Shown here piece after piece: positions 11,826 to 23,744 of a stretch of 64,000 nt of DNA (positions are counted from its first letter, which is position 1; every line of letters starts with the position of its first letter). The stretch is from Mustelus asterias (lineage: Eukaryota). The translations under genes were made by a program, and so were the position numbers. The notes under the pieces were generated by a model, which ran no database searches, had not been told where the DNA came from, and worked only from the letters and a program-made list of their open reading frames with translations. The stretch is taken from NCBI RefSeq assembly GCF_964213995.1, contig NW_027590191.1, forward strand, positions 248,001-312,000, read 5' to 3'.

Positions 11826-12510
11826 TAGTGGTGGATTAACTACCACCCGGACCCCTAGGCTGAGCTTTGGTAAGGCCCCCTAAACCTTGCCCCTTGCCCC
11901 CGTCCCACCCTTCGTTGAATAGAATAAAGATACGTTAAGTGACGTTAGATAACATATCATTGTACGATGATGGCGCGCAAACGAAAGTCTGTTTTGACGT
12001 TTTCACAGGCGGTAAATGCGCTCAACAACAGTTTTGATGATGGATTATGCAGTGATGATAGTGGGAGTGATTTAGGTGTCGAGGATTTTGAAGTTGATGT
12101 TGGTGAATTATCAGATGATGATCGTGAATTTGATGATACGTTGATAGCACTGGAGGCAGTGGTGACAGTCATCGTGCTGGGGTGTGGGACTAATATTATG
12201 TTAGGGTGAATGTTGAAAAAAGTACTATATGTAACTAAATATGCACTAAAATAAGTATGTATACATGTTATAGCATGACAATAAACTCTTTGTTGCATTT
12301 ATTTTGTATTTATTTGCATGTAGCACAAGTCCGGGGGTGAAGCTTCTCTATTTATAGGTATTTGTAATATTAATTCATCCACGGGGTAGAGTTATGAAAA
12401 TTTGTTCACCCTTAAAAGGGTTAAACCAATTTTTTTTTTGCTTTCGGGCCCCCCTCCCTTCCGGGCCCCTAAGCTGAAACCTACTCAGCCTAATGGTTAA
12501 TCCGCCACTG
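11826..12510. mobile_element. hAT-type non-autonomous DNA transposon (MITE)
   Basis: 15-bp TIRs TAGTGGTGGATTAAC / GTTAATCCGCCACTG (13/15 match) and 8-bp TSD GGAGTGAA / GGAGGGAA. Confidence 0.8.
11967..12424 (+). mobile_element. piggyBac-like remnant inside the hAT MITE
   Basis: Acidic N-terminal ORF MMARKRKSVLTFSQAVNALNNSFDD...SDDSGSDL; right end CTTAAAAGGG followed by TTAA. Confidence 0.5.
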
Positions 12511-12577
12511 GGAGGGAACGCATTTTTATTTAACCATCACACAGTCTGTTTACTTACTTTATAAATCTTTTTTTTTA

Positions 12578-12937
12578 GGAACCCTGCAGTGCAGAAGGAG
12601 GCCATTTGGCCCATCGAGTCTGCACCGACCACAATCCCACCCAGGCCCTATCCCCACATATTTACCCACGAATCCCTCTAACCTACGCATCGCAGGACTC
12701 TAAGGGACAATTGTTAACCTGGCCTATCAACCTAACCCGCACATCTGTGGACGAAAACCGGAGCACCAGGAGGAAACCCACGCAGACACGAGGGGAATGT
12801 GCAAACTCCACACAGACAGTGACCCGAGCCGGGAATCGAACCCGGGACTCTGGAGCTGTGAAGCAGCACTGCTAACCACTGTGCTACCGTGGAGCTGTGA
12901 AGCAGCAGTGCTAAACACTGTGCTACCGTGCCGCCCC
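12578..12937 (-). mobile_element. HE1 SINE with 5' tandem duplication
   Basis: GGGCGGCACGGTAGCACAGTG head, GGTTCGATTCCCGG B box, CR1-like 3' tail; about 39-bp duplication of the A-box region. Confidence 0.85.
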
Positions 12938-13876
12938 ATGATTAATGTACAGAAGATGGTAAAGGCTTAAAGTTGCGAGATGAAATTGACCCTTTCTGTT
13001 ATTTGTGAGTGGAGACAGCTTATTGTCTGAGCTCCCGTACTTTCCAATGTGGAAGATGGTCAAAAATTTTCTTTGGTCAACATTTAACGAGACAGCGGAT
13101 TCACTCAGTGTGATGGTGGGTTCCAGTTCTATATCTGCGATCACAACATCAATTCATGTCACTTCTTGTGAACCCAATATTTCGAATAGGTTGGATGCCC
13201 CAATATTTCTAATACGTTTGATATTTAATCTAATTTCCTTCATTTTACATTTCATTATTTTCATGTCAGATCTATTTCCACAAGAGGCAAGTCTCTCTTT
13301 CAAAATGTTCTGTTCAGGTAGAACATAAGTGACTCCTTTATCCAATGGCAACAACGATTACTGTTCGTTGCAGTATGAAAGGGGCAATGAGGTGAAACAG
13401 TCACACAAGCTGCTCATGTGTTACTTTCAATTACCAAAATCTATCAAACTCATCACTGCGGCTCCTGTGTCATCACTATACAGTACACCCACCTGTTCCC
13501 TATTATCCACAGCACACCTGACTGCTTCAAAGATCTTGTGAATGGTCTCATTCTGTGGTATAAATATTATGTGATATTCTGCTTTCCTCACGCTCAGGCC
13601 ATGGACCGCAAAGTGCAGGCTCATTTATCTCTCCTGAATTGTACCCGATCACAGCCCTTTCCTGTTGTTGTGTTTCCTAGCTCCTCGATTTCACTTGTTT
13701 AAAACTTCCGACATTTCCAAACATCCATTTAAATGAAAGGTTATGGAGGTGTAAAAAGAGAAACCTTTCCCTGTGCGCTCATGCTGCCTGGCTTCCTGAG
13801 TGTTTCCAGCGCTTTCAGACTGATCAGATTTAGATGACAATATAAGTATCTGTATTGGAACAGCTTTCGCAACCGC

Positions 13877-13966
13877 AGCTCGTTGGTTTGGGGGTTTGAT
13901 TCTCGCTTTATTTGTCGGGATTCGCAAGGCTGCGAGAAAGCCCGGGTTCGAATTCCGGGCGAGTCC
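13877..13966 (+). pseudogene. tRNA-Pro-derived pseudogene with 18-nt intron-like insert (anticodon mutated to TAT)
   Basis: AGCTCGTTGG...CTCGC TT TAT T [TGTCGGGATTCGCAAGGC] T GCGAG...CCGGGTTCGAATTCCGG. Confidence 0.75.
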
Positions 13967-15376
13967 TGTTGTTGTTTGCGATGGCCAAGTTTTGTTCATT
14001 TCTTTGCCGTGCACACGGCAGGATGCGGTTTGGTTTGAGAACCTGACAATGCAGGCAATCCAACAACCCAACGCACTCACAACTAATTCAAGACGTTTTC
14101 AAATGTTCACTACTCTTGTGGACATTCTCTTTATACCTAGTCAACGATTCAGAGGACCCAATGCTTGTGGGTTCCGGCCCCTGGTTGTTCATTCGTGTGT
14201 TATGGCTGACTACTCAACTCTCTGTCTCTTTATGTTTCCCCTTGCTTCTGTGTATCGACCTCAGTCTCTTTCACTCTCCTAATCTCTCTGTGCCTCCATC
14301 TCCTTTCCCTATTATGCTCTTATTTCTCTCTAAGCTCTCGCTGTTTGTGTAACCAAAGTTCACTGGATTGATTGCTGTGATGAGGCAGTTGCCCTTGGAG
14401 GAGGGATTCAGTGGGATGACTATGTTCTCTCTAGGGTTTGGAATAATGAGAAATTATCTCATTGAAAAGGCTGGAACTGCCAGTGAGTTTGACAGTGTAC
14501 ATGCTGAGAGATTGCACACCCTCCCCGCCTCCCCCACCCCACCCCGGCGCCATCCGCCCCCCCCCCCCCCCCCCCGCCCCGCCTCTCTCCCCCGCCCCCC
14601 AACCACCGGTTTCCCGGGTGGAGTGTCGAGAACAGGACTTACATTTTCCGACTGGTGTGTCAGACATTTAGGACCGAGGTAAGGAGCCAGTTCTTCGCTC
14701 CAAGGCTTGTGAATCATTGGAATTCTGTTGCCCAGGGGTTTGTGGATCCTCAACCAATGAGAATGTTGAAGGCTGAGATGGTGAGATTTTTGAACTCTCA
14801 GGGAATAAAATGAAGTCGGGACGAGGTGGGAAATTGGTGTTGAGCTGGCGATCCAACACGAGGTTATTATGTGGTAGAGGAGGTGCAAAGGGAAATATGA
14901 TCCACTCCAACACCATCGATTCTGTTCACTGCCAAAAGCAACCGAATGTATTTCCCTACTGGTAAAGTTGAGGAGTTGTCCGAGGGAATGAATTGAGGTT
15001 TTGTGGAGGCTTGGGATCCAATCTCATTGCTGTAGAAATTTCAATTGTTTTAGTTTAAACGTCATGAAATACCTTCCCTCGATCATATCATGGCTCAGAG
15101 TTAATGTATAGAATGCATCATTATTCATTTTGATAAAATGAACCAGCAGAGGCAATGGAATATAAATTGTTGGGGGCAATTGATAGGATTGCGGAGCGAG
15201 ACAGAGATTTGATTCTTGTTTTGCAAACCGGCATGAGTATCACTCATGATTTCGATCAGGAAGTAGAGACGTAATACCAGATCGTGTAGATAGTATGTCC
15301 ACAAATGCGCATCTGTATCTGGAAGCAATTCCAGCTCCTTTCCATTCATGTGCTGTACGAGAACAATGGAGCTGCA

Positions 15377-15430
15377 TCCCGGACTGGGGATTGAACGCGG
15401 GCCGCGACAGTAGAAGCATCGAATCAGGGA
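15377..15430 (-). pseudogene. tRNA-Glu pseudogene with D-arm deletion
   Basis: TCCCTG..ATTCGATGC..GCGGCCCGCGTTCAATCCCCAG; flanks paralogous to the 43722 unit. Confidence 0.5.
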
Positions 15431-15711
15431 AGGCGTCTGTCTGCACTTTCATCTCACCGATCTGTACTACTTTTGCGCTTCAGCTCCATTCCAGTATTTT
15501 TTCATACCAGAGACTGACAAAATGCCATGTTTCGATGGAACAGGAGTGGCTCCTTCCGCCAGTAACAGCGGTTGCTGTTACCCGGTACATGAAATAGACA
15601 GCGAGGTGAAACAATCCCATAAGCTGCTCATGTGTATCTTCCAAATTCCAAAATCCTCCAAACTCATCACTCTCGCTCCAGTGAAACATACAAGGCAACA
15701 CAGAGCAGACA

Positions 15712-15852
15712 GGGCATTTAAATGCTCATCGGATAAACATATGGATGATGTTGGAATAGTATAGGTTAGATGGGCTTTCGATTGGTTTCACAGTTCGGCG
15801 CAACATCGAGGGCCGAAGGGCCTGTGCTGCGCTGTCATGTTCTATGTTCTAT
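15712..15852 (+). mobile_element. CR1 3'-end fragment
   Basis: GGGCCGAAGGGCCTGT hairpin and GTTCTATGTTCTATG tail. Confidence 0.75.
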
Positions 15853-16084
15853 GGCAGTGAAAGGAACTGACGCACGATTAGTTTAAATTCACTACTTTCT
15901 ATCTCAGAATTTTACGGTGCTAAATATGTCAGTCTGGTGAATGTTTAACCCTGTCCTCAATCTACTGATCATTGCCGACTTGCTGTGTGTGATATGTAAC
16001 AAAAAAACCGAGAACAAAAATATAAACAGCAGACTTTGTAAGTTCTCAGTCGGTTTGGCACCATCTGTGGTCACATCACTGTGC

Positions 16085-16620
16085 GCTTCTATCTCCGATG
16101 ATGTCCCTGTATCGCTGTGTACGTCCCTGAATCTGTGTAAGCCCCTGTATCCGTGTAAGCCCCACTATCTTTGTGTGCATGCCCCTGATTGTTTGTATGC
16201 CCCAGTGTCTATGTATGCTCCACATCTCTGTGCGTATGCCCCTGATTCTGTTTGTGCCCTTGTATCTGTGCATGCCTCAGTATCTCTGTGAGTATGCCCC
16301 AGTATCTCTGTGTGTATGCCCCTGATTCTGTGTGCGCCCTTGTAGCTGTGTATGCCCCAGTATCTCTGTGTGTATGCCCTGATTCTGTATGTGCCCTTGT
16401 ATCTGTGTATGCCCCAGTATCTGTGTGTGTGCGCCTGCACCTGCATGTGCCCTGAGTCTGTGTTTGCCCCACTTACGCTGTGCATGCCCCTGAATCTGTG
16501 TGTGCCCCCGTATCTCTGTATGCCCCAGTTTCTGAGTCTGTGTGTGTGTGCTCCTGTATCTGTGTGCCCCGCTATCCGTGAGTGCCCCTGAATCTGTGTG
16601 TGCCCCTGAATCTGTACGAA
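16085..16620. repeat. Minisatellite (about 18-22-bp subunits TGTGTATGCCCC(A/T)G(T/A)ATC)
   Basis: Direct inspection; explains the repetitive HTESG/DTGA ORFs. Confidence 0.85.
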
Positions 16621-16632
16621 CCGCGTTATCTT

Positions 16633-17062
16633 TGTGTGTGTGTGTGTGTGTGTGTATGCGATTGTGTGCATTTGTGTGTGTGGGATTGTGTGCGCGTATG
16701 CGCGTGTGTCTGTGTGTGTGTGTGTGTGTGTGTGATTGTGTGCGTGTATGTGTGCCTGCGTGATTGTTCGTGTGATTGTGTGCGTGTATGTGTGTCCGTG
16801 TGTTTGTATGTGTGATTATGTGTTTGTGTGTGTTTGCGATTGAGTGCGTGTATGTGTGTCTGTGTGTGATTGTGTGCGATTGTGTGCGTGTGATTGTGCG
16901 TGTGATTGTGTGCGTGATTTTGTGTGTGTGATTTAGTGTGTGTGTGTGTGATTGTGTGTGATTGTGTGTGTGCGTGTGTTATTGTGTGCGTGTGTAATGG
17001 TGTGTGCGCACCTGAGAGAGAGAGAGAGAAAGTGTGTGTGTGTGTGTGTATGTGTGTGTGTG
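16633..17062. repeat. Compound (TG)n/(GA)n microsatellite
   Basis: Direct inspection. Confidence 0.95.
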
Positions 17063-17461
17063 TTTTGGGAGAAAGTCCTCGTGCCATCGGCAGAGTCCTT
17101 TCAGTTTCATGTTATAAAGTTTACTCTGGGCATTGAATTCAGTAATGTGAGTTGGAATTTCAGAGGAGCGACTATTCTCACCGTCCCACCTCTTCTTTAA
17201 ATTGGGACAGATGAGTGAGTGAGGGACACCTATAGGTGGACCCTCTGCCCATTGTGGCGTCTCTGCCTGTGAAAGCTTTGCTTTCTTGTGCAGTCGTTCG
17301 ATGGGTATGATGCAATGTCACCAGGAGAGTCATTCGCTGCATCGTCTGCAATGTGATTTCGGTGGGATTTGCTGAGATTTCCTCAGAGTTTAAAATTCCA
17401 CTTTCTGAGAATTTTAAATAAAATGTCCTTTAGCAAACCAATCGCCGGCTTTAGCAAAACA

Positions 17462-17533
17462 AATTTCCACCGAGGTTTGAACTCGGCACGCTGGATTCGA
17501 AGTCCAGAGTGCTCATCATTACACCAGTGAAGC
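17462..17533 (-). pseudogene. tRNA-Gln-body pseudogene with anticodon TCG
   Basis: CTGGA CT TCG AA TCCAG anticodon arm; acceptor stem broken. Confidence 0.75.
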
Positions 17534-18392
17534 CAGAACCCAGACGCCCTCTGCAAATGGTCACTCAAAGCATTTGACGTTTTCCATTCAATGTGGCAGC
17601 AACAGCAAGTGTGAGAACAATGTGTTGTTATGCGCTGACATTAATATGCTAAAAACTCAGAAGACACTGCCCCCAAATCAACAGCATTTCATTACATCCA
17701 AAGCCGTATTAGCAGAAATAGTCATGTTTCACAGGGGCAGGTAGCCCATCATAGTGACACAGAAACGGCTGTTCAGCCGGTCGCGTATTTTGACATTGCT
17801 GAGCTGTCAATTACGGCGTTCATATAATCATAGTAGCCAGACAGAGCAAAGGGAGGGCACTGGTCCCATTGAGGCTGCGCCGACTTTGACAGAGCATCTT
17901 TTCAATGCAACAACTCCCTGACAGAGCCCTCGCCCCGCCGGAACCCAGAAACCGCACACATGGTAAATCTTGGGACAATGGGGTCCAATTTACCATGGCT
18001 AATCCACCAAGCGTGTACGTCTTTGTGTGAGGAAACCGGAGCACCCGGAGGAAACCGACGCAGAGACGGGGGGAACGTGCAAGCTTACTGCTGTAACATT
18101 ACTGGCCAACGAAACAACCATCCAACCAGAAAATCTGACTGCGAGTGAGATGAACTTCCATAACCGCCTGGAAATGCTTCCAATTTATTGGGAGGTTGCT
18201 CACCCAGTCTTGCATTAATCGAAGAAACGTCATTATGCATTGAAACACATATAAAATCAACCGCTCCCTAAGATTAAAAAATAATAATTTTTAGTATTTC
18301 ACTTGATTTCGTGCCTAATATCCATTAATATTCCACTCATTGTGAGTCTGCCCAGCCGCACGTAGAGCTCAGCTACATGTCACATACCCTCC

Positions 18393-18431
18393 AGTTATTG
18401 TACGAGTATTGAACAGGTTGGTATCGCTGTG
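18393..18431 (-). promoter_or_regulatory. V(D)J recombination signal sequence, 23-bp spacer
   Basis: CACAGCG + ATACCAACCTGTTCAATACTCGT (23 nt) + ACAATAACT directly after YYCALT. Confidence 0.9.
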
Positions 18432-18738
18432 AGAGTCAGTGCGCAGTAGTACATGGCTGTATCAGAGAGCCGCAGTTTGGAGACGGTTAAGGTAAAGTTT
18501 CCACTCGAACTGTCCAGCCCAGAGGAGAAACGGCTTCGAGCAAAATCCGCTTTAATTTCGTAACCAGCCGAAAATCTGCGATTTAGTATTTGAGGTTCTC
18601 TCCCAAGGAATTGTCGGACCCAGAATAAACTGAAGGAATTTTCTGTCGTAAAGTAGATGCAGTTTAAAGTTGTAATGTCTCCTTCTGTCCTAATCACTTT
18701 TGGACGGCGTTGGGTAACAGAGAATTCCTGACTAAAAC
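18432..18738 (-). CDS. T-cell receptor alpha/delta-like V gene segment exon (open frame)
   Basis: SVTQ...TLNC...WVRQ...RFS...FTLTVSKLRLSDTAMYYCAL; phase-1 acceptor TTTCATCCAG; 23-RSS; leader exon not identified. Confidence 0.88.
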
Positions 18739-20476
18739 CTGGATGAAATGGGAAACAAAGTTCTATCCGTAGTGAGGCTCGGTGTCTCCTCCTGTTCCCG
18801 CTCATATGTCATAACATTCAGTGTTTTTCGTCGGGGACAGCCGCCAGTCTCCTGGCAATCGGACAGTAACTGATCCAATCGCACAAACTGCAAAGATTGA
18901 AATTTCAAACGGGATAATGATATTCAGAAGGAAGTAACATTTATCATTCAATGGCATCAATGTACAATGCTGCGATTCACACACTGAGTGTGTGTGAACG
19001 CACAGTAATCACTGACACTGCTGAAGGTTCGAATTGCTTTAATTTAACAGCAATATATTAGAATTCACATGTACGACATAGCGAACACAGAATGTGACAC
19101 ACATTGATAAAGTGCAGGGAATATATGATAAATAACGGATCTTTTATGAATGTTTAGTTCATGCAGGACTTTTAGAATCCGGGATTAAGATTTCACAAAT
19201 TCAAAGGGATTTATAAGTTTATAGTTTCACTTATGGACAATTCTGTTAAACTTTCAGTTAGCACTTATTCAGCAGATTTTTTTTTACCTTACGTCCTCGC
19301 TGTGACCATAACTTGCAAAATCAGTCGTCCAATTAATGAAATGCTCACTTTGTCACCTTTACCCGAATGAAGATTCCTTGAGAAAAGAAAGTGCACCGTT
19401 GTCAGTTTAACCGCTAACGTTATTATAAAGCGAGCTCGGGAGGTGGAGCTTCTCGCTGCTGCCATCACCTGAGATTGACAGTTGCGGTCCCAGTTACCTC
19501 AGTCAGATACAGGTGCATATCCGGTTCTAACGGCATTTTCTCATCTACATGTAACTCCTGATAGAAACAGTGACCGAATGTAAGGATGTGTAATTCTCTG
19601 CTGAAGATGATTCATAGAAAAATGTTCAGCTCCTGCAAATGCTACTGAGATCACAGATTTCCGCTCCAAGTTCATTCTGATGATCAAATTATTAAATTCA
19701 ATTTGAAGCAATTGAAAATTAAAGTGGAGTAATGAAGATCAGAACAGAGAAGGGGAATTGTTTTAATAGGGCATATGAAACACCAACACGTTGTGTAACG
19801 TCAGAGTTAGAGACTAAGATAAACCTTCAGCGCTTTATAGTGTTCATTATCAGCAGCAAATTCCTCAGATAAATCATTGAAAGTTTAGCCATTCTGGAGA
19901 ATTGGAAACTGGAAACAAATAAATTTCAGCACCACCAGTTATCCTAAAGCATGTGACAGCCAATGCGGTACTTTCACAATGCAGTCATTGTTGCAATGTC
20001 TGGAAAATAACATCCCTTACAGAGGAAACAGTGGGTACGTGACAATGTCACCGCTAATTAGTCAGAGGGCCATGTTAATCTTCCACACCAATTGATTCAA
20101 TTCTAACATTTGAAACTGGTAAATGTTATATTAACAAAGTCAGTGATTTAAAATTAATATCAATAATGGTGACCGTGAATTTCCATCGTTTGACATGGAA
20201 AATTAATTTACTCAGCAATGTCCTTCAGGGCGTCAGGGGAGGACATCGCCATCTCCCCTTAACCTGACCGACATGCGACTCCAGATTGACTCTTAACTAC
20301 TCTCTGAACCCAGCAGCAAGCCATTTACTTTCAGGACAATTCGGGATCCATGGAATGCATGCGATCCCTGCAGTGCAGATGGTGGCCACTTGTCCCATCG
20401 CGTCTGCGCACATTCTCCGAAAGAGCGTGTTAACAAATCCACCATGCGGTCATGCCACAGACCACCTCGAATTGTT

Positions 20477-20515
20477 AGCTTTTGTACGAGTGTTAAGGCT
20501 CGATGTAACGTGGTG
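20477..20515 (-). promoter_or_regulatory. Recombination signal sequence, 23-bp spacer (non-consensus heptamer)
   Basis: CACCACG + TTACATCGAGCCTTAACACTCGT (23 nt) + ACAAAAGCT. Confidence 0.8.
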
Positions 20516-20823
20516 CTTCATCGCCGCGCAGTAATACATGGCTGAGTCAGAAAGCTGAGTGTCTGTGATGTTCAAAGGGATGTTTGTGATCATTTCATCC
20601 TATACAGCAAAAAGCCGCTTTCCAAATGCCGGCGCGTTCTCTTCATTACCAGCAGTATGTCTGAACAGCATGTACTGATGGCCCTGTCCCGAGTACTGTA
20701 CGTACCAATATAGGTAAGCTGCTGTGTATGTGGCGGGGTAGTGACAGCACAACACCACAGTACCCCCTTCACTCACTGCTACTACTGTGGGCTTTAGGAA
20801 AAGTTCATCCAGCTGGCTGTGCG
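20516..20823 (-). pseudogene. TCR alpha/delta-like V segment with one in-frame TAG
   Basis: VSEGGTVVLCCHY...LYWYVQ...KRLFAV*DEMITNIPLNITDTQLSDSAMYYCAAMK; acceptor TTTTTTCCAG; TAG at 20600-20602. Confidence 0.85.
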
Positions 20824-20899
20824 CTGGAAAAAATAACAGAATGTGATAAACATAATTTTTAGATGTGTTTTTGATTAAAATGAAACACGTTTTGAGCAC

Positions 20900-21240
20900 A
20901 ATTTCTCTCTCTCTCAAACGCATACACTCTTACAGACAAAAATACGCGCATTATCTGTCTCTCTCTCTTCACACACAATCACAAAAACATATTCTCTCTT
21001 TCGCCACATAGGTTCTCTATTACAGATAAAATTAGGTACAGTTATACACAGACACACACAGAAACTCACAAAACACAGGGACACAAACACAGGGACACAA
21101 ACAAAGACACACAGACATCCACATACAGTCAGGCACACGCAGACACACAGTCAAACACATAGATACAGACAGACACACGCGCACACACACACACACATAC
21201 ACAGAAAAGACACACATACGGAAAACACACTGACACAGAT
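20900..21240. repeat. (CA)/(CT)-rich low-complexity tract
   Basis: Direct inspection. Confidence 0.8.
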
Positions 21241-22079
21241 ATATAAATAAAAACGCGGGTTCTTATTCATTTATCCACTGAAATTTAGCGATGAACTCCA
21301 TTCTGAGTAAAATTAAAATGGGGGAATGTCCAGATATGTATTTCCTGAGTTAACTGGCCCCAGGCTATGAACATTGCAATTGTCTTCTGGTTATATTCAT
21401 CAACCAAGGCTACTCTGCTGGGGGAAACAACCGCCCCCCCCCCCCCCCCCCACAAGCCGCCGCACCCCCCCCCCCCCCCCCCCCCCCCCCCCCGCCAACC
21501 CAGGCCTGCCGTTCTGACAGAAACAGTTCACTTTTGATTTTCCATTAAATGGAATCGGGGCATTCATTGGTCCAAGAGCACAACGTGAGGAGCCAGGCGT
21601 CCCAAATGAGGGGAATAAATATTAGAGAAAAATCGAAAAAAAACATCAATGAAATAAAACGGTGATAATCGCCGGAAATGCTCATTCGTTTGAAGGACCA
21701 TGAGCAAAAGCAATAGATTGGCGGATATCTTTCTAGGCTAGCAATCAAAGTGAAGATCAGAAGGCATGTTTGTGCTCAATATTGCGTCCAAATACCATAC
21801 TGTACGGAAATGTGCGCTACACATTCAATCAATTTGATACATCCTATTACCGTATTTACCAACACATGACCATGAATCCCATACGCAACATGCAAACTGC
21901 GATTGCCAGCTAACTTTTCTGACGTGTCCAGGCAGCCAATTGGTGCGTTGTTGCGGCTTTGTGTGTGTGTTCTGTGTGTGTGTGTGTGTATGATTGGGCG
22001 GGAGGTGGAGGTGTGATGGCGGGGCGGGAGGTGGAGGTGTGATGGGGTGGGGGAGAGCGTGGAGCGGTTGGGGGCTAGA

Positions 22080-23120
22080 CGGATGGGGTTAAGGGTAGTC
22101 ATGGCAGGAGAGCTTGCACCTCTCCTATGCTTCGATTGTTCGATATGGCAACAGTGCAAGTTTCAGGTGTCACGAGTGACCACGTGTTCAGGAGGCGTGT
22201 CCAAATGTAGCTACTGGCTAACCACATTTCGAAGCTGAGGCTGAGGAGGTTCAGTGTGGAGCATTCGCATAACTGAGCAAGTCGTCGATAACATGTTCCG
22301 AATGTAACCACACCGCAGGTGAAGGTTGAAAAGGCAGAAAGCCCATGGGTGACCGCTAGGCGGAGTAGAGGAAGGAAGGTAGTTCAGGAGTCGCCTGTGG
22401 GCATCGAGCAGATATAACGTTTTGGCTACTGTTTCTTTCGTGGTGTGGGGGAGGGGGTGCTCTGCTGTTTACTTCGTGGTGGAGCGGGGGTGGGGGGCTT
22501 ACTGCGCCGGGGAAAGCAGTGACAGTCAACGTCGCGGCAACATGCATGTGTCTGCTGCACAATAGGGGAGGAGGAAAATGACATTGCTATAGAGGAAGGG
22601 ATTCAATTCTAAGGGGAAAAGACTTACATTTCTGGGATGGTGTGCTGCCTCCCTCGTACCAGGGTCAGAATGTCACTAAAGGACTGCAACTTTTTCTGAA
22701 GGTGGAGGGGTTGGGGGGGAGGATTGGCGGTTGGAGGGGGGAGAGGGGGGATCATGGGGGGGGGGGCGAGGGGGGGGGAGGAGGAGGCTGGAGGTGGTAT
22801 ACAAAAATCGTAATGAGTATTGAATTGAACAAAATAAGATAACAAGCGAGGAAATCCTGCAAACAGTGCTCATGGAGCCAAGAAGTAGATCAAACAAAAA
22901 AAAGAAGTTCGCCATCTCAGGCTTACTCCGGTGCCACGTGTTAGTGAGTTTAGAAATAGGCGGGTAGTTGAGAAGAATGTGTGTCTGGAGAATAGATGCA
23001 GAATTGTGGACTTCAGACTTCGCGGACACTCGGACTGTTTTGGGAGACTGTGGGACCTGTGCAAGAAGTTCGGTTTGCAACTGAACCGAAATTAGAATGG
23101 CTACCAATATATTGGCTTCA
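22080..23120 (+). mobile_element. Degenerate CR1 ORF1 remnant (Cys-rich N-terminus plus SGNH esterase-like domain)
   Basis: Fragments LLCFDCSIW, GDSILRG, VCCLP, AISGLLPVPR, TNIL across broken frames. Confidence 0.6.
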
Positions 23121-23744
23121 ATAGTGTAAAATTCCCTCGATGCAGGAATAGTCCTGGTGGATTGAAAATATGCAAATACAACGTCCTAACTCTTTAAGCT
23201 CGGTTTGACTGACATCATCAAATCAGAAAATGTTTATTTCACTCACGAGTGCGGCTTATTTTGTTTCAAGTCAGAACCCAAATACATTTATTTTTCTCAA
23301 TTAAAGGAGCTTCTCATTATCAATCCACACCAGACTGGAATGTAAAACTGTGAATGTCATGTCCTCAGCAGATCAGACTCGGCTCTGTGAAGAGAGAAAC
23401 AGATGATCAGATGACAGCTCTCTGACCTTTCATCTGAACTGAAATAGAAATATAATACGTTATTATCAAATGAAAAGGGGACACGATAAAGCCAGGAGAA
23501 ATCAAAATTGAGTTCAACATTTGATATATTAATCTCTGTCTTATTTTCTTCCGCGCTTTTCCCCCCATTTATTTCTCTCATTCTTTATGTTACTTGAATC
23601 CCTTCCCGCAATCCCCGCATTATCACAGTTTCTCCTCAGTTTGGTTGTGCCTTTTTTTTCCTTGATAGGTCGGATTATCAGCAGAGGCGTTGGTCACTGA
23701 CAGAGGACATGTTGCATTTCTCCTCACCGTGAACTGTGCTTAGT

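Noticed and set aside
14368-14888. Pro/Gly-rich ORFs (also near 22640 and 33680)
   Set aside because: Products of poly-C/poly-G tracts
16076-17200. His/Thr- and Cys/Val-rich ORFs, or a CRISPR-like array
   Set aside because: Translations of mini- and microsatellite; no unique spacers
18802-18984. Hydrophobic ORF as the V leader exon
   Set aside because: No suitable phase-1 splice donor after a signal-peptide-length stretch
19277-19400. J-like peptide SGKGDKVSI and a CACAGCG-12-A9 RSS-like motif on the minus strand
   Set aside because: No F/W-G-x-G-T motif, no credible upstream RSS, and the nonamer is just a poly-A run; compatible with chance
18432-20823. NAR-TCR double-V cassette
   Set aside because: The upstream V has a full-length CDR2 region unlike NAR V, the downstream V has no CDR1 cysteine, and there is no convincing D or J between them
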